Source of the DNA: Trypethelium eluteriae
Lineage: Eukaryota
Reading direction: 5' to 3'
Assembly (NCBI GenBank): GCA_051942245.1
Contig: JAVECL010000051.1
Span: 1-64,000 of the forward strand
DNA: 64,000 bases
Numbering within the stretch: the stretch's first letter is position 1; each line of letters begins with the position of its first letter. Both the position numbers and the translations under genes were made by a program. Shown piece after piece: positions 25,440 to 35,100 of this stretch. The notes beneath the pieces are model-generated. The model had not been told where the DNA came from, did not search any database, and saw only the letters and a list, made by a program, of their open reading frames with translations.

Positions 25440-25725
25440 GCTTACCCCTGAATATTAAGGGCTACTGAGTCTCTACTTAATCAGAAGCGCTGATAGGTAC
25501 TGAGAAGCACTGATGCCTGAGCTATAGAGTAAACTAATTAGATAGTATTGCTTATATACTTTATTCTAAAGATTAGGCTACACTTGTTCTACATTTACTA
25601 TGGACTAAAATACTTTAGGTAAAGTTGATAGGCTATCTTATAAGTATTCTATTTTTGCTCTTCAACCTCTCCGCTTTAATATCTATTCGGTATCCATCAT
25701 AAATACCTAATATAGGGAGGTCTAT
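25440..25725. repeat. AT-rich, TpA-rich patch; probable RIP-degraded repeat relic
   Basis: Abrupt AT enrichment with many TA dinucleotides (e.g. AAACTAATTAGATAGTATTGCTTATATACTTTATTCTAAAGATTAGGCTA) between two genes. Judged by eye, no index computed. Confidence 0.45.
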
Positions 25726-26125
25726 GTGTTCAACTCCCTCTGTCCCTCTAAGGAAATGGACGACTTCTGTACATATATAGGTCTTCGGTGGGATAGCAAA
25801 AGAATTCTGGGGAACTATGCACATAATTTCATATTAGATGTATGTGTGTCGGTCGTAAGGTCTACGCTTCGTTGTACAATGCGTCTAGCTAACTTTATTG
25901 ACCTTTGCAGACTACTTGCCTCACCACAGCACTATAAGTACATTCATCCAAGGAACTCAAGGTCAAGGGATAATTTATTAGTATTTAAATGGTCACAAGC
26001 TCCGCCGCCATGTATGTTGTACATATTGCGTGCTCATTCATGTATGCCAAATAGCCCAGCGGACGCCTGTGACGCCCTTCCAATCCAGCAATAATCTTAC
26101 GCATACTGGAATCACTCTGCCACCT

Positions 26126-28867
26126 TCATCTCTTCCAAGGCGCAAGTCCCGCATTGATAATGCCCCCTATATCCCCTTTGTTTAACCACTGCTCATGCGT
26201 CACCCCCTCCGACTTCTGAGCCTGCGTATCTCCATCGCCCTCCGCCGCCGGCTCATCGCTACTACCATGTAATAGTGTCTCGGCTCTGGTCTGGCATCTC
26301 TGCTTCGAGAGTTGACAATAGCACGGCACCCACCACTGACCACTGTATCTGCTGTTCCCATTGACCTGCTGAAACGGTGGATTTTCCCTCCCCAGAGGAA
26401 CACAGTACTGACCTGGACAATTGTAAGCTTTGGTAGACGCTTGATCGATGTAGGCTTTCTGTGTGTAGAACCCGGAGAGTGTGACAAGGACTGGGCGATT
26501 CGAATAACTCTTCTGGTTGAAATTGTTCACGGTGCAGAATTGCACGGAGCGGCATTCGAAGCGGCTACCTCCAGCGGCGAAGGGCCTCCCGATTTGGTTG
26601 GCTGGACAGGCGTCGCCGAGGAAGGAAGTACTGGCGCCGGTGCTGGAGATTGATGAGCCTGTTGCGGCGGATGAGGAGCTGCTAGGTAATGATGAGCCGG
26701 CACGTGGCTGGAGAGAAGCTGAGCGTATTGTGCGTGGCGCTCTACGAGACAAGGTGGTGGAGTTTGAACCTGAGTAGGAAGGTGTATAGTATGGATGCCC
26801 TGTGGACCCGGGGACACAAAGAGAAGAATTTTTCCAAATTGCATCAGCGGCGTAGTTCCAAAGTTGCGTGAAGTCGGTCCAGGTTGATGGGGTGTAGAAG
26901 ATCCTGCAGGTCGCTGGCTGGTACTTAAATTGTAATGGCTCGGTATCGTCAGGCCGAAGCTGATCTCGAAGATTGACGGTGGCAGAGATCACCCAGATAG
27001 GCTGCTCCAGGCTAGGTAAACTGGCGTTGACATTGGGACTCAATTTCGAAGCTTCGAAGATGTCGTCATCCAATGACGAGGTGTCGTAAAGCTCGGCTCC
27101 TCGAGTCCCACCAGCTGCTTGCATAGGACCATCGGTTGGTTGTCCACCAGCAACGACTATCCTCACACCTTGCCGTTGCATCAAATCGAGGAATAATGCG
27201 CAATCTGATGCGCACAAACCATCGGTAAGAATGATGATATCCTCTGGGCTAAACGGTGATGTAGCATTCTCGACTTGGCGGTCAGGATATCCATAGACCT
27301 CGATGCCTCCGGAGTACAGAACGTCAAATACAAAGCTACTGAGGTTGTACTGTTGCACATTAGTGAAGGTATCGCCGGCAAATAGGTTCTCCCCTGTGTA
27401 TTGATTCCATGACGTGTAATTATTTCCTGCTGTGTCCAGCCGAGTTGATGCAACCCATTCGCTTTGTACCATATCGTAGTATCGTGGGTTAATCGCGTTG
27501 TTCGGGGGATGCTCATTGAAGTAATTGGTAAAAGTCTGTCCGATCGCATTGCCAAACGAGTGAGACCGCATACGTGTGCCGGTGTAAGGATTAACTCCAG
27601 GAAAGAATTGTTTAAAAGCATCGATCGCTTGCATAGTGTTTCCTCCCCGGTTAGCCTGTAAATCGATGACGACTTGCTTCATGCCCAATTGCTGACTTTG
27701 CTTGATGAAAGCAGTAATGGTATCGCTAAATGACTGTGGGTCGTTCGGATCCATCGAGAACGAAGGGATGCTAAGGACTGCCCGTTTCGTACTTCTGAAG
27801 AAATATCCTGTGACATAGCCCCCAAAGCCCAGGTCATTCTGCATGATATCTGGGTGCTCTGGATAGGCCGAGTCGAGCCAACCTGATAGCTTGTTTGTAT
27901 CGTTGGCAAGATTTGTGTCAAGAAGGGGGAGGAGTGAGTCTCTCCGCGTCTTCCGTCGCGAATTACTCAAGCTGGCGTCAGCGGAATTGTAGCTAGCAGG
28001 CAACAAACCAAGGACGAAAAAGTTATAGAAATCGCCGCCTGTCATCAGTGGGCCGGTAGGTCCGTGAGGATTGTAGAATGCAAGCCACTTGTACGGTCCG
28101 ACCACTGAGCCATTTTCTCGAATGACCGTTAGGGTATCCCCCGGATAGAACGTGACTCCAGACTCAAAGATACTGTAACGTCCCAAAGAAGATGTTACCG
28201 AGCTACTCATGAGTTGATTCCAATCAGCGTGCGGCTCCAAGTTGCCAATAGCATTCTCTTTAGCAAAAGATTTCATGAAGTCGGTAGAATTCTGGCCATT
28301 GATAGTCTTGATTGGAGATGGTTGCCCCCCTGACCAGTTTGTTTGTGCAGTGTCGATATCGTCGATAACGTAAAGCTTGGGAGCTTGTTGGCCATCGATA
28401 GATATCGACGCAATACTGATGGGGCTCAGGAAAGAGAAGACAGATAATGCACCCGCATCCAGATAAAGATGACTATCATGGGCGGCAAATATCACACGTT
28501 GAACCGCGGCCTCGAATTCATATTGATTCTCATAGCCGTTTCGATCCACATTGTCTTGTATCTTGTCTAATTCTGCTTCAAGATTTACCGCTGGTTGCCG
28601 ATAAGTCGAAGGTGGAGCACGTAGGTACGCGGTGGTGGTTTGGAATTCCAGACGATTTAAAAGCCATCCAATAAATCTAGTCGCGACTGCTTGGTTGAAC
28701 GGCACGCTTCGCAAGCATGCGTAGGCATCTGAAGCGTAGAAGATATTTTGCTGGCTGTTCAGTATGGCGCAAGCGGTCACATTGACGGGTACCGGCAGTG
28801 ATGCTGACACTAAAAAAGGACTTATGAAAAGAATGAAAGAGAAGACTTCGAGAGATGCGAAGAACAT
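26126..28867 (-). CDS. Secreted peptidase S41 family protein (CPAF/ustP-like) with Cys-rich C-terminal extension
   Basis: Signal peptide, AYACLRSVPF, Y.NQYEFE, HDSHL, AVLSIPSF, VVIDLQANRGG, catalytic-region motif IILTDGLCASDCALF, GG.P..GPMQAAGGTRGA, PLQFKYQPATCRIFYT. Single 913-aa exon. Confidence 0.9.
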   Translation of the reverse strand: MFFASLEVFSFILFISPFLVSASLPVPVNVTACAILNSQQNIFYASDAYACLRSVPFNQAVATRFIGWLLNRLEFQTTTAYLRAPPSTYRQPAVNLEAELDKIQDNVDRNGYENQYEFEAAVQRVIFAAHDSHLYLDAGALSVFSFLSPISIASISIDGQQAPKLYVIDDIDTAQTNWSGGQPSPIKTINGQNSTDFMKSFAKENAIGNLEPHADWNQLMSSSVTSSLGRYSIFESGVTFYPGDTLTVIRENGSVVGPYKWLAFYNPHGPTGPLMTGGDFYNFFVLGLLPASYNSADASLSNSRRKTRRDSLLPLLDTNLANDTNKLSGWLDSAYPEHPDIMQNDLGFGGYVTGYFFRSTKRAVLSIPSFSMDPNDPQSFSDTITAFIKQSQQLGMKQVVIDLQANRGGNTMQAIDAFKQFFPGVNPYTGTRMRSHSFGNAIGQTFTNYFNEHPPNNAINPRYYDMVQSEWVASTRLDTAGNNYTSWNQYTGENLFAGDTFTNVQQYNLSSFVFDVLYSGGIEVYGYPDRQVENATSPFSPEDIIILTDGLCASDCALFLDLMQRQGVRIVVAGGQPTDGPMQAAGGTRGAELYDTSSLDDDIFEASKLSPNVNASLPSLEQPIWVISATVNLRDQLRPDDTEPLQFKYQPATCRIFYTPSTWTDFTQLWNYAADAIWKNSSLCVPGSTGHPYYTPSYSGSNSTTLSRRAPRTIRSASLQPRAGSSLPSSSSSAATGSSISSTGASTSFLGDACPANQIGRPFAAGGSRFECRSVQFCTVNNFNQKSYSNRPVLVTLSGFYTQKAYIDQASTKAYNCPGQYCVPLGRENPPFQQVNGNSRYSGQWWVPCYCQLSKQRCQTRAETLLHGSSDEPAAEGDGDTQAQKSEGVTHEQWLNKGDIGGIINAGLAPWKR

Positions 28868-29180
28868 TTGGTCGCTCCAAGCGAATCCGCCGAGCAGTAG
28901 AGAACGTACCTAGCGAGCGAAAGCGTAAAGCAATGAAGAATAAAACTTGTACCGAGGATGTTCAGAAATGACCCTATGAGCCGGCCTCTGCGAAGTTATG
29001 CCCAGTTACCATGCGGCTCAGAATCTACAGCTTTGGGCATTCTTACACTCTCAGCTGACGGGAGGTGTGCCGTCTCAAGTCATTCTCCCGCCCTCTGCCA
29101 AGAGTTCTTCACCGAGGCGAAAAGCTGCATTCGGACAGCTGAAGGATGCGAACTACTACCGTGTGTATGAGACAGTGGTA

Positions 29181-29262
29181 CAGTCGTCCAAACAAAAAAA
29201 GTGTCCGCTCGCCGGCATGAGAAATTGCTGGGGGTTGCCCGGACACTTTTCTCCTAGTACTG
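29181..29262. mobile_element. Very small (82 bp) Tc1/mariner-like MITE
   Basis: TA|CAGT...AAAAGTGTCCG ... CGGACACTTTT...ACTG|TA. TA flanks both ends (29179-80 and 29263-64). Shares the AAGTGTCCG core with the element at 19373. Confidence 0.65.
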
Positions 29263-30301
29263 TATGATAGGGTCTCGATGCAGTCTCCATGCTTTACAAA
29301 TCCTCTCCACCTCGACTTTTGTAACACAAGAGGAACAGGCAGTTTGGCACACGGGACGAGAGCTGTATCTGCTATTTCTGGTGCGGCTCCGTCTTTTGGA
29401 TGTGCAGGCATGCATGGCTCCAAGGTTTTGTAGTGCGTGATTCGTCGACTACGAAGTGAAAGGGCGACGCTTCCATCAAGGTGATGGCGTTCGGTGTGCA
29501 TGAGAAGGGCTGGAGGCCAAATGCGGCAACAAAGCTGGAATACTCGGTACGATGTCCGGAGGTGCCTAGCAAAAGTAATTATACGGCAAGATTTTCGCGT
29601 AATTTCGCCTCCATAATACGGTGAAACGGCGCTCAATGGAACTGGCATCCGCCCAACAAAATCTTGTCCAGTCTACAACTAATTATTTCTACCTTTGAGA
29701 CAAAGTTAGAGGTAGATGAGTAGAATCACAACCTGTATAAGATGTTTAGAGAGTTTACCGGAACTCTATTAGCAGCATCACGTTAAAAAAATCAGCACAT
29801 GATTACTTTTGATAGGCACCGCGGCTGATTGCCAGGGGCTGAAGCAAGCCGGAAGGCCCAAGCGTCTACTCCGCGACCTGCGTGACAACCTGAAACTTTG
29901 CAGACTCTTCAGGTGTTCCAAATTTGGACTCAATAGGAACAATCGGCGATATACAAGTCAAAGTGCTATACAGAGTCAGGTACATGTTAGCTGATCACCT
30001 ACAGCTGGAATGCATACAATGGGGATGTTGTGATGCAGGCGCCGTTCAGATGCGTCTTGCAAGGTACACAGCCTCCTAGACCATAGCATCACCGAATGCG
30101 GCGTCGTAGTAGGCAGTCGAGCATGCCATCTGTCAGCTTTGATGCCTTGTTGCCTCTTCTCAATTTGTGGCACATCTGCTACAATTGCCGTGATAAGCGC
30201 TGGCGTCTCCTATCATCCAAGACCAATTTCAAACTTGTGAAAGATTTTGTATATACCTTCTTCGCAAAAATTGCCTGGAATTGAGCATTCTCCTAATCGA
30301 G

Positions 30302-31414
30302 ATGTCGCCGAAGACACTGAAGCATAGCGACTATACAATTGGGTGGATATGTGCTTTACCAAAAGAGATGACGGCAGCTATTGCCATGCTGGACGAGCGA
30401 CATGAATCTCTACCCGCTGTTTCCGGAGATGATAACGACTATCAGCTTGGCGAGATCAATGGTTTGAATATCGTCGTCGCATGTCTGCCCATTGGAGAGT
30501 TGGGTCCGCCTTCCGCAGCCAAGGTTGCGACACGGATTCCATTCTCCTTTCCCAATGTCAAGTTTGGATTGATGGTGGGTATTGGAGGAGGCGCTCCAAG
30601 CACAACTCATGACGTTAGACTGGGAGATATCGTTGTAGGCATCCCAATGGATACATACGGAGGCGTCATCCAGTATGATTTCGGAAAGACGGTGCAAGAG
30701 GGGAAGTTTAAGAGAACTAGCATGCTAAACAGTCCGCCGGATAATTTGCTGGCAGCTGTAGCGAGGCTGAAGGCGAGGCACGATCTTGATGGCTCCAATG
30801 TACCAAAGTACCTCGACGAGGCACTCTCCAAATTTCCTCGTCTTAAGTCAACCAGCTCGCATCCGGGCCTCGAAGCTGATGTACTCTACAAGCATAATTA
30901 CGATCATCCCGTGGGCACTCGGGACTGCAGCTCATGCAATGGCAGCAAGGCTGTGTTCCGCAAGCAACGCGCAAGCACTGAGCCCGAAATTTTCTACGGT
31001 ACCATTGCGTCCGCGAGCCAAGTCATGAAGGACGGACAGACGCGAGAGAAGCTTCGCAAAGAATACGACGTGCTCTGCTTTGAGATGGAAGCTGCTGGTT
31101 TGGGAAGTTTTCCGAATCTTGTCATTCGAGGCATATGTGACTATGCGGACTCTCACAAGAACAAGCGATGGCAGGAATATGCAGCAGCTGTCGCTGCAGC
31201 GTACGCCAAAGAGCTTCTGCTCACCTTTCCAAAGGGTACCTCGAAAGGGACAGATAAAGAGGCGGTACGAGCTCAAACACCAGGTCAAGAGTCCTCCGGC
31301 CAGCCGGCCCATCAAACATGGACAATGAGCAACTCGAATAATGCAAGAGGGACCTTTGTACAAGGCGGCGTTAATGCGGCAACGGGAGATGTTAATTTTG
31401 GCAGCGTTTCATGA
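30302..31414 (+). CDS. PNP_UDP_1 (nucleoside phosphorylase-like) effector protein with C-terminal amyloid-like motif
   Basis: DYTIGWICALPKEMTAAIAMLDERH, GLMVGIGGG.P, DVRLGDIVV, VIQYDFGK, IFYGTIAS, VLCFEMEAAGL, LVIRGICDYADSHKNKRWQEYAA. Then a low-complexity linker and NNARGTFVQGGVNAATGDVNFGSVS*. No NACHT. ATG at 30302. Confidence 0.93.
   Translation: MSPKTLKHSDYTIGWICALPKEMTAAIAMLDERHESLPAVSGDDNDYQLGEINGLNIVVACLPIGELGPPSAAKVATRIPFSFPNVKFGLMVGIGGGAPSTTHDVRLGDIVVGIPMDTYGGVIQYDFGKTVQEGKFKRTSMLNSPPDNLLAAVARLKARHDLDGSNVPKYLDEALSKFPRLKSTSSHPGLEADVLYKHNYDHPVGTRDCSSCNGSKAVFRKQRASTEPEIFYGTIASASQVMKDGQTREKLRKEYDVLCFEMEAAGLGSFPNLVIRGICDYADSHKNKRWQEYAAAVAAAYAKELLLTFPKGTSKGTDKEAVRAQTPGQESSGQPAHQTWTMSNSNNARGTFVQGGVNAATGDVNFGSVS
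31337..31402 (+). other. Candidate amyloid signalling motif, effector copy (NNARGTFVQGGVNAATGDVNFG)
   Basis: N/G/Q-rich with alternating hydrophobic residues, at the extreme C-terminus. Matches the N-terminus of the neighbouring NLR. Confidence 0.8.
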
Positions 31415-31434
31415 GTCTGTGGCTGGCTAGTAGT

Positions 31435-34400
31435 TTACATGTTATTTTCCCACGGAATGCATGCATCTTCGATTCTCGGCGCTTCATTACTCGTAGTGTC
31501 ATTTGACAACGTGAAGTCCGTAATCGCTTTCAGTAAAGGCGCTCCGAAATTCCAGAGAATGTGATTTCTCATGGGTCCTGGATGAGCAACAACGTCTTCC
31601 GAGGTACCTACGGCAGCCAAAGCAGCATCCGAATACGTAAAGCTCTTAGCCGTCATAAGCATCTTGAGCAGCTCCTTATTTTCACCGGCGGCGTGGACGA
31701 GATCAATAGCGGTCTGACCCCTCGGATTGCGGCCAAGTGCATCCGCTCCAAGTCGAAGCAGTCTTTGGATCGCCTGTGGATGCTTGCTCTCAACTGCAGC
31801 GAAGAACAAGGTTTGTATCTTAATGTTCTTGACATACTTTATCTCGTCGACATCGGCACCGCGATCAAACAGTAAGACGGCTGTCTGGAGTTGCTTCTGA
31901 GCCAGAGCAATAGATAATGGAGTATCGCCCCAGATATCTTTGGCATCTATTTCGGCCGAGTGCTCAAGCAGTAGAGCAATGGAATCTTCGTCTCCAGTCC
32001 ATGCGGCTTGATGCAGTGGCGTCCGACCAATGTGATTGGACACATTCGGTGTACTATTGGCATGTAGCAAGAGTGCCTTGAGCAGCTCCGGCTGCCGTAG
32101 CTTGACGGCCAGATGAAGCACACTGTTGCCTGTGCTTGGTTCGTCCTCGAAGGTGGAAGTATTATCTATTGTAACCATCTGGATGGCTCGGTCGATTTCC
32201 CAGCGCTGCAAAAGCGACCAAAGCGCAAGCGACACATCGTCTGCAAGTGCGGTTCCTAGAATAGGCGTCGTCTTCGTGGCTAAAAAGTCGCAGGCTTCTT
32301 CCTTACCATACTGCCAAGCGACAATGAGTGGCGTCCTGCCAATGTTATCTTCTGCAGAAACACTTGCGCCACAATCCTCAACGAGAATGGAGAGTACACT
32401 CAAGTCCACTACTGCAGCGCGACAAGCGTGGTGTAAGCAAGTCATACCGTATTTGTCTTTCAAGTTGATATCAAGCCCAAGTTGCTGCTCCGTCACCATC
32501 TGCAGTACATTGAGACCGCCTTTTCCTGCGGCTAGGTGGAACAGGCCGTTCCCTTCGTTATCGCAAGCATGAATAGCACTGCCATCAAGTTTCAAACGAT
32601 CGAGAAGGACCTTCAAAGCATGGCTTTTTCCTAGCTCCGCTGCCCTTAGCAAGGCAGACTTTCCGTTCAGTGGCATTTGATAGCTCGCGTTTGCACTCTG
32701 CGCGAGTAACATCGCTACAACATCACCGCTATCGTTCTCGGCAGCGCAGATGAGGGGCGTTTTGTGGGTACGAATGTCCTTTGTATTAATCTCGACACCA
32801 GGTTGATCCAAGAGTACTTTAGTAATGTCTTCAAGACCGCGAGTAGCAGCATGCCAAAGAGCTGTGCAACCAAGCACGTCCCTTTGGTTGATGGCGATGT
32901 TCGGATGAGCCAAGAGAGATTTCACCATCTCGTACCGCCCAAGCTCAACTGCAAGAATGAGTGGTGTCCGATCATAGTAGCCATGGTCGATCTCGTTAAC
33001 CTTGATATTCCTGTACACGCCAGAGTTAACTTTCCTGTCTGGCACGGCACACCATGCCAGAGCTAACGGAATTTGTGCGTACATAGAAGCAGATGTGTCC
33101 GCCAGAAGGGAGCGTAAAATCTCGTCTTGAACGTCGGTGTTCACATTGGCAGTTGAATCAACGCTTAGTGCCATAGTGGCACCGATTGTACTAGCGGTGC
33201 AGAGCTGAGGATCGATAGCCTCAAATAAAGCTGAGCGACCACGAGCAGAGACCAGATTAACATCCGCGCCACAGCTCAGAAGTGCCTGAACAGTTTTCAG
33301 ATGACCCCTACGACAAGCGTAATGGAGTGGCGTTTGACCGTAGGTATGCTCGCGCGCGTTGATATTCGCGGGAAATGTCGCCGCAAGTAATGGAATGAAT
33401 GATGGTAGGCCATAGTAGGCGCAAAGGTGCAGACTGGTCATACTCTTTCGGACGTCCATACCTCCCATCTGAAAGGCGTTTTTGAACCATGCAATTTGAG
33501 TACAGGCAGCTGCTTTTCCATCGTCGCTAAGAAGTTCCATTGCAAGTTTTTCAATACGCGTCCCCGTTTGCGGGTGTTCTTCCATTGCATCGTTGAGGTG
33601 ATCACCCCAATACTGAGCTGCATAGGATGCGAAGGGGTGCTCCTCCAGTCTCTTTTCCAGCGCATCAAGGTCATCTGAAGGCTTTTGAAACATGTCATAA
33701 TGCAGGTACGTCAGGCACAGCAACGAGAACTCCAAACCACCTGCATTGATTCTTGCAACTCGTTTGTATTCGCTCTTCAGGTCATAAGACATCAGGAAGG
33801 CCCTAGCACTCTCGTTAAAGAATCGCACAGCACAATTCTCGTTGGATATGTCGTCGACCGAGACAAGGTATGACGTCACGGAACGTAGTTTTTGGGGTTG
33901 TTTCAGTCTGTCCCGATTTATTCGAGCCGTCTCTTCCTCCGGTTCTATTGCGATGAGATGTAACAGCTCGGCAATTGTCAGTTCTCGCTTCGCTTTCGAG
34001 ACATAGAAGAGAATCTTGAGTCCAAGTTCTTGGTCTCTCAAGTGCTGCTGATGCTTGATGTCCTCCAAAGCTTCTCGGTGAAATCGTTCGACAGTGTCTG
34101 GGAATTCAGCGAGACACTCGAGTATGGTGGCTGGGGCTTCATCTGCCGGAATATATCGCATGAAAAGGTCCGCTAGAATGTAATTATTGCCGCAGCGAGC
34201 TGCGGTAGTGTCGAACACGAAATCTTGCATACCGTCCGGCAGGAGAATGTGCTCGAATTTTTGCCTGATGTAGGAGTTGATTTCCATGTGGGATGGGCTA
34301 TAGAAAATATCATGGAGCTTATGATCATCGGGTATACCTCTCAGTCTGTCCAGTCTACCAAAATCGGGGTCTCTTGACGTGAACAGTAGTCTCAAGTTGA

Positions 34401-35100
34401 ACGATTCTTCTCTGGAAAGCTCCCCCAAGATGTCAGATGCGAGGCTACCAGGAATTCGATCTAATCCATCAACTACGAGGAAAACTTTCTGATACTTCGC
34501 AGCTTGGGTACGCCAGAGATCGCATACCTCATTCCAATCGAGGTGTTCTTTACGCTTTTGCTTGATCTTGTAAAGACCGCGGATACTTGGAGGAACAAAG
34601 TCGGATTTTTGGACGATCTGTTTGAGAAGATCGCAGAGGAAAGTTTCCTTTCTCGCGGTTTGATCTGCTTCAACCACTCGATCTTCCAAATATACGTAGA
34701 GAACCCTTGTTTGCGTATCGTGAAGATCCTCGTAGTTTCTTGTCAGAGAATCGATGAGTGCTGTGCAAAGCATAGTCTTTCCGGACCCCCTGCCGCCATA
34801 CAAATGTAAGCAGCAGCTATTGCCATGGACCCAGTCCTCATAGGCCGCACTCTCCAAGAATTCGAAACCGGTGTCACACAGCTCGGAGCGTCGGTTTTCG
34901 TGTGACTTCTGAGATTCCCACGTTGAGAGCCATGACTCGATCTTTTCCTTCTCATCCTCTTGCGCCCCGTAGAAATTGACATCGCGACCAGCTTGGACGC
35001 CGCCCTGTATGAAAGTTCCCTGCCCAGAATTATTCTGAAATTGCGGAGCCCAGCGGGGGAGATTGCTTTGAGATAGCAGAGTTCCCGGAGCTGACGCCAT
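31435..35100 (-). CDS. Fungal NLR: N-terminal amyloid-like motif + NACHT + ankyrin repeats
   Basis: Walker A GGRGSGKT, Walker B FLVVDGLDRI, LRLLFTSR, CLTYL..YAAQYWGDH, many ankyrin repeats (GQTPLHYAC, RTPLILAV, KTPLICAA, GRTPLHQAA, GDTPLSIA). Only about 45 aa precede the NACHT-associated region. ATG at 35100. Confidence 0.93.
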   Translation of the reverse strand: MASAPGTLLSQSNLPRWAPQFQNNSGQGTFIQGGVQAGRDVNFYGAQEDEKEKIESWLSTWESQKSHENRRSELCDTGFEFLESAAYEDWVHGNSCCLHLYGGRGSGKTMLCTALIDSLTRNYEDLHDTQTRVLYVYLEDRVVEADQTARKETFLCDLLKQIVQKSDFVPPSIRGLYKIKQKRKEHLDWNEVCDLWRTQAAKYQKVFLVVDGLDRIPGSLASDILGELSREESFNLRLLFTSRDPDFGRLDRLRGIPDDHKLHDIFYSPSHMEINSYIRQKFEHILLPDGMQDFVFDTTAARCGNNYILADLFMRYIPADEAPATILECLAEFPDTVERFHREALEDIKHQQHLRDQELGLKILFYVSKAKRELTIAELLHLIAIEPEEETARINRDRLKQPQKLRSVTSYLVSVDDISNENCAVRFFNESARAFLMSYDLKSEYKRVARINAGGLEFSLLCLTYLHYDMFQKPSDDLDALEKRLEEHPFASYAAQYWGDHLNDAMEEHPQTGTRIEKLAMELLSDDGKAAACTQIAWFKNAFQMGGMDVRKSMTSLHLCAYYGLPSFIPLLAATFPANINAREHTYGQTPLHYACRRGHLKTVQALLSCGADVNLVSARGRSALFEAIDPQLCTASTIGATMALSVDSTANVNTDVQDEILRSLLADTSASMYAQIPLALAWCAVPDRKVNSGVYRNIKVNEIDHGYYDRTPLILAVELGRYEMVKSLLAHPNIAINQRDVLGCTALWHAATRGLEDITKVLLDQPGVEINTKDIRTHKTPLICAAENDSGDVVAMLLAQSANASYQMPLNGKSALLRAAELGKSHALKVLLDRLKLDGSAIHACDNEGNGLFHLAAGKGGLNVLQMVTEQQLGLDINLKDKYGMTCLHHACRAAVVDLSVLSILVEDCGASVSAEDNIGRTPLIVAWQYGKEEACDFLATKTTPILGTALADDVSLALWSLLQRWEIDRAIQMVTIDNTSTFEDEPSTGNSVLHLAVKLRQPELLKALLLHANSTPNVSNHIGRTPLHQAAWTGDEDSIALLLEHSAEIDAKDIWGDTPLSIALAQKQLQTAVLLFDRGADVDEIKYVKNIKIQTLFFAAVESKHPQAIQRLLRLGADALGRNPRGQTAIDLVHAAGENKELLKMLMTAKSFTYSDAALAAVGTSEDVVAHPGPMRNHILWNFGAPLLKAITDFTLSNDTTSNEAPRIEDACIPWENNM
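34966..35040 (-). other. Candidate amyloid signalling motif, NLR copy (FQNNSGQGTFIQGGVQAGRDVNFYG)
   Basis: Short N-terminal N/Q/G-rich motif in place of an effector domain. 12 residues are identical to the effector copy. Confidence 0.8.

Noticed and set aside
26126..28867. ustP-like peptidase as marker of a fungal RiPP (ustiloxin-type) cluster
   Set aside because: No KR-repeat precursor peptide or DUF3328/UstYa gene in the window.
31700..33450. Highly conserved internal ankyrin repeats as in het-e/NWD-type hypervariable NLRs
   Set aside because: The repeats are clearly divergent from each other at protein and DNA level.
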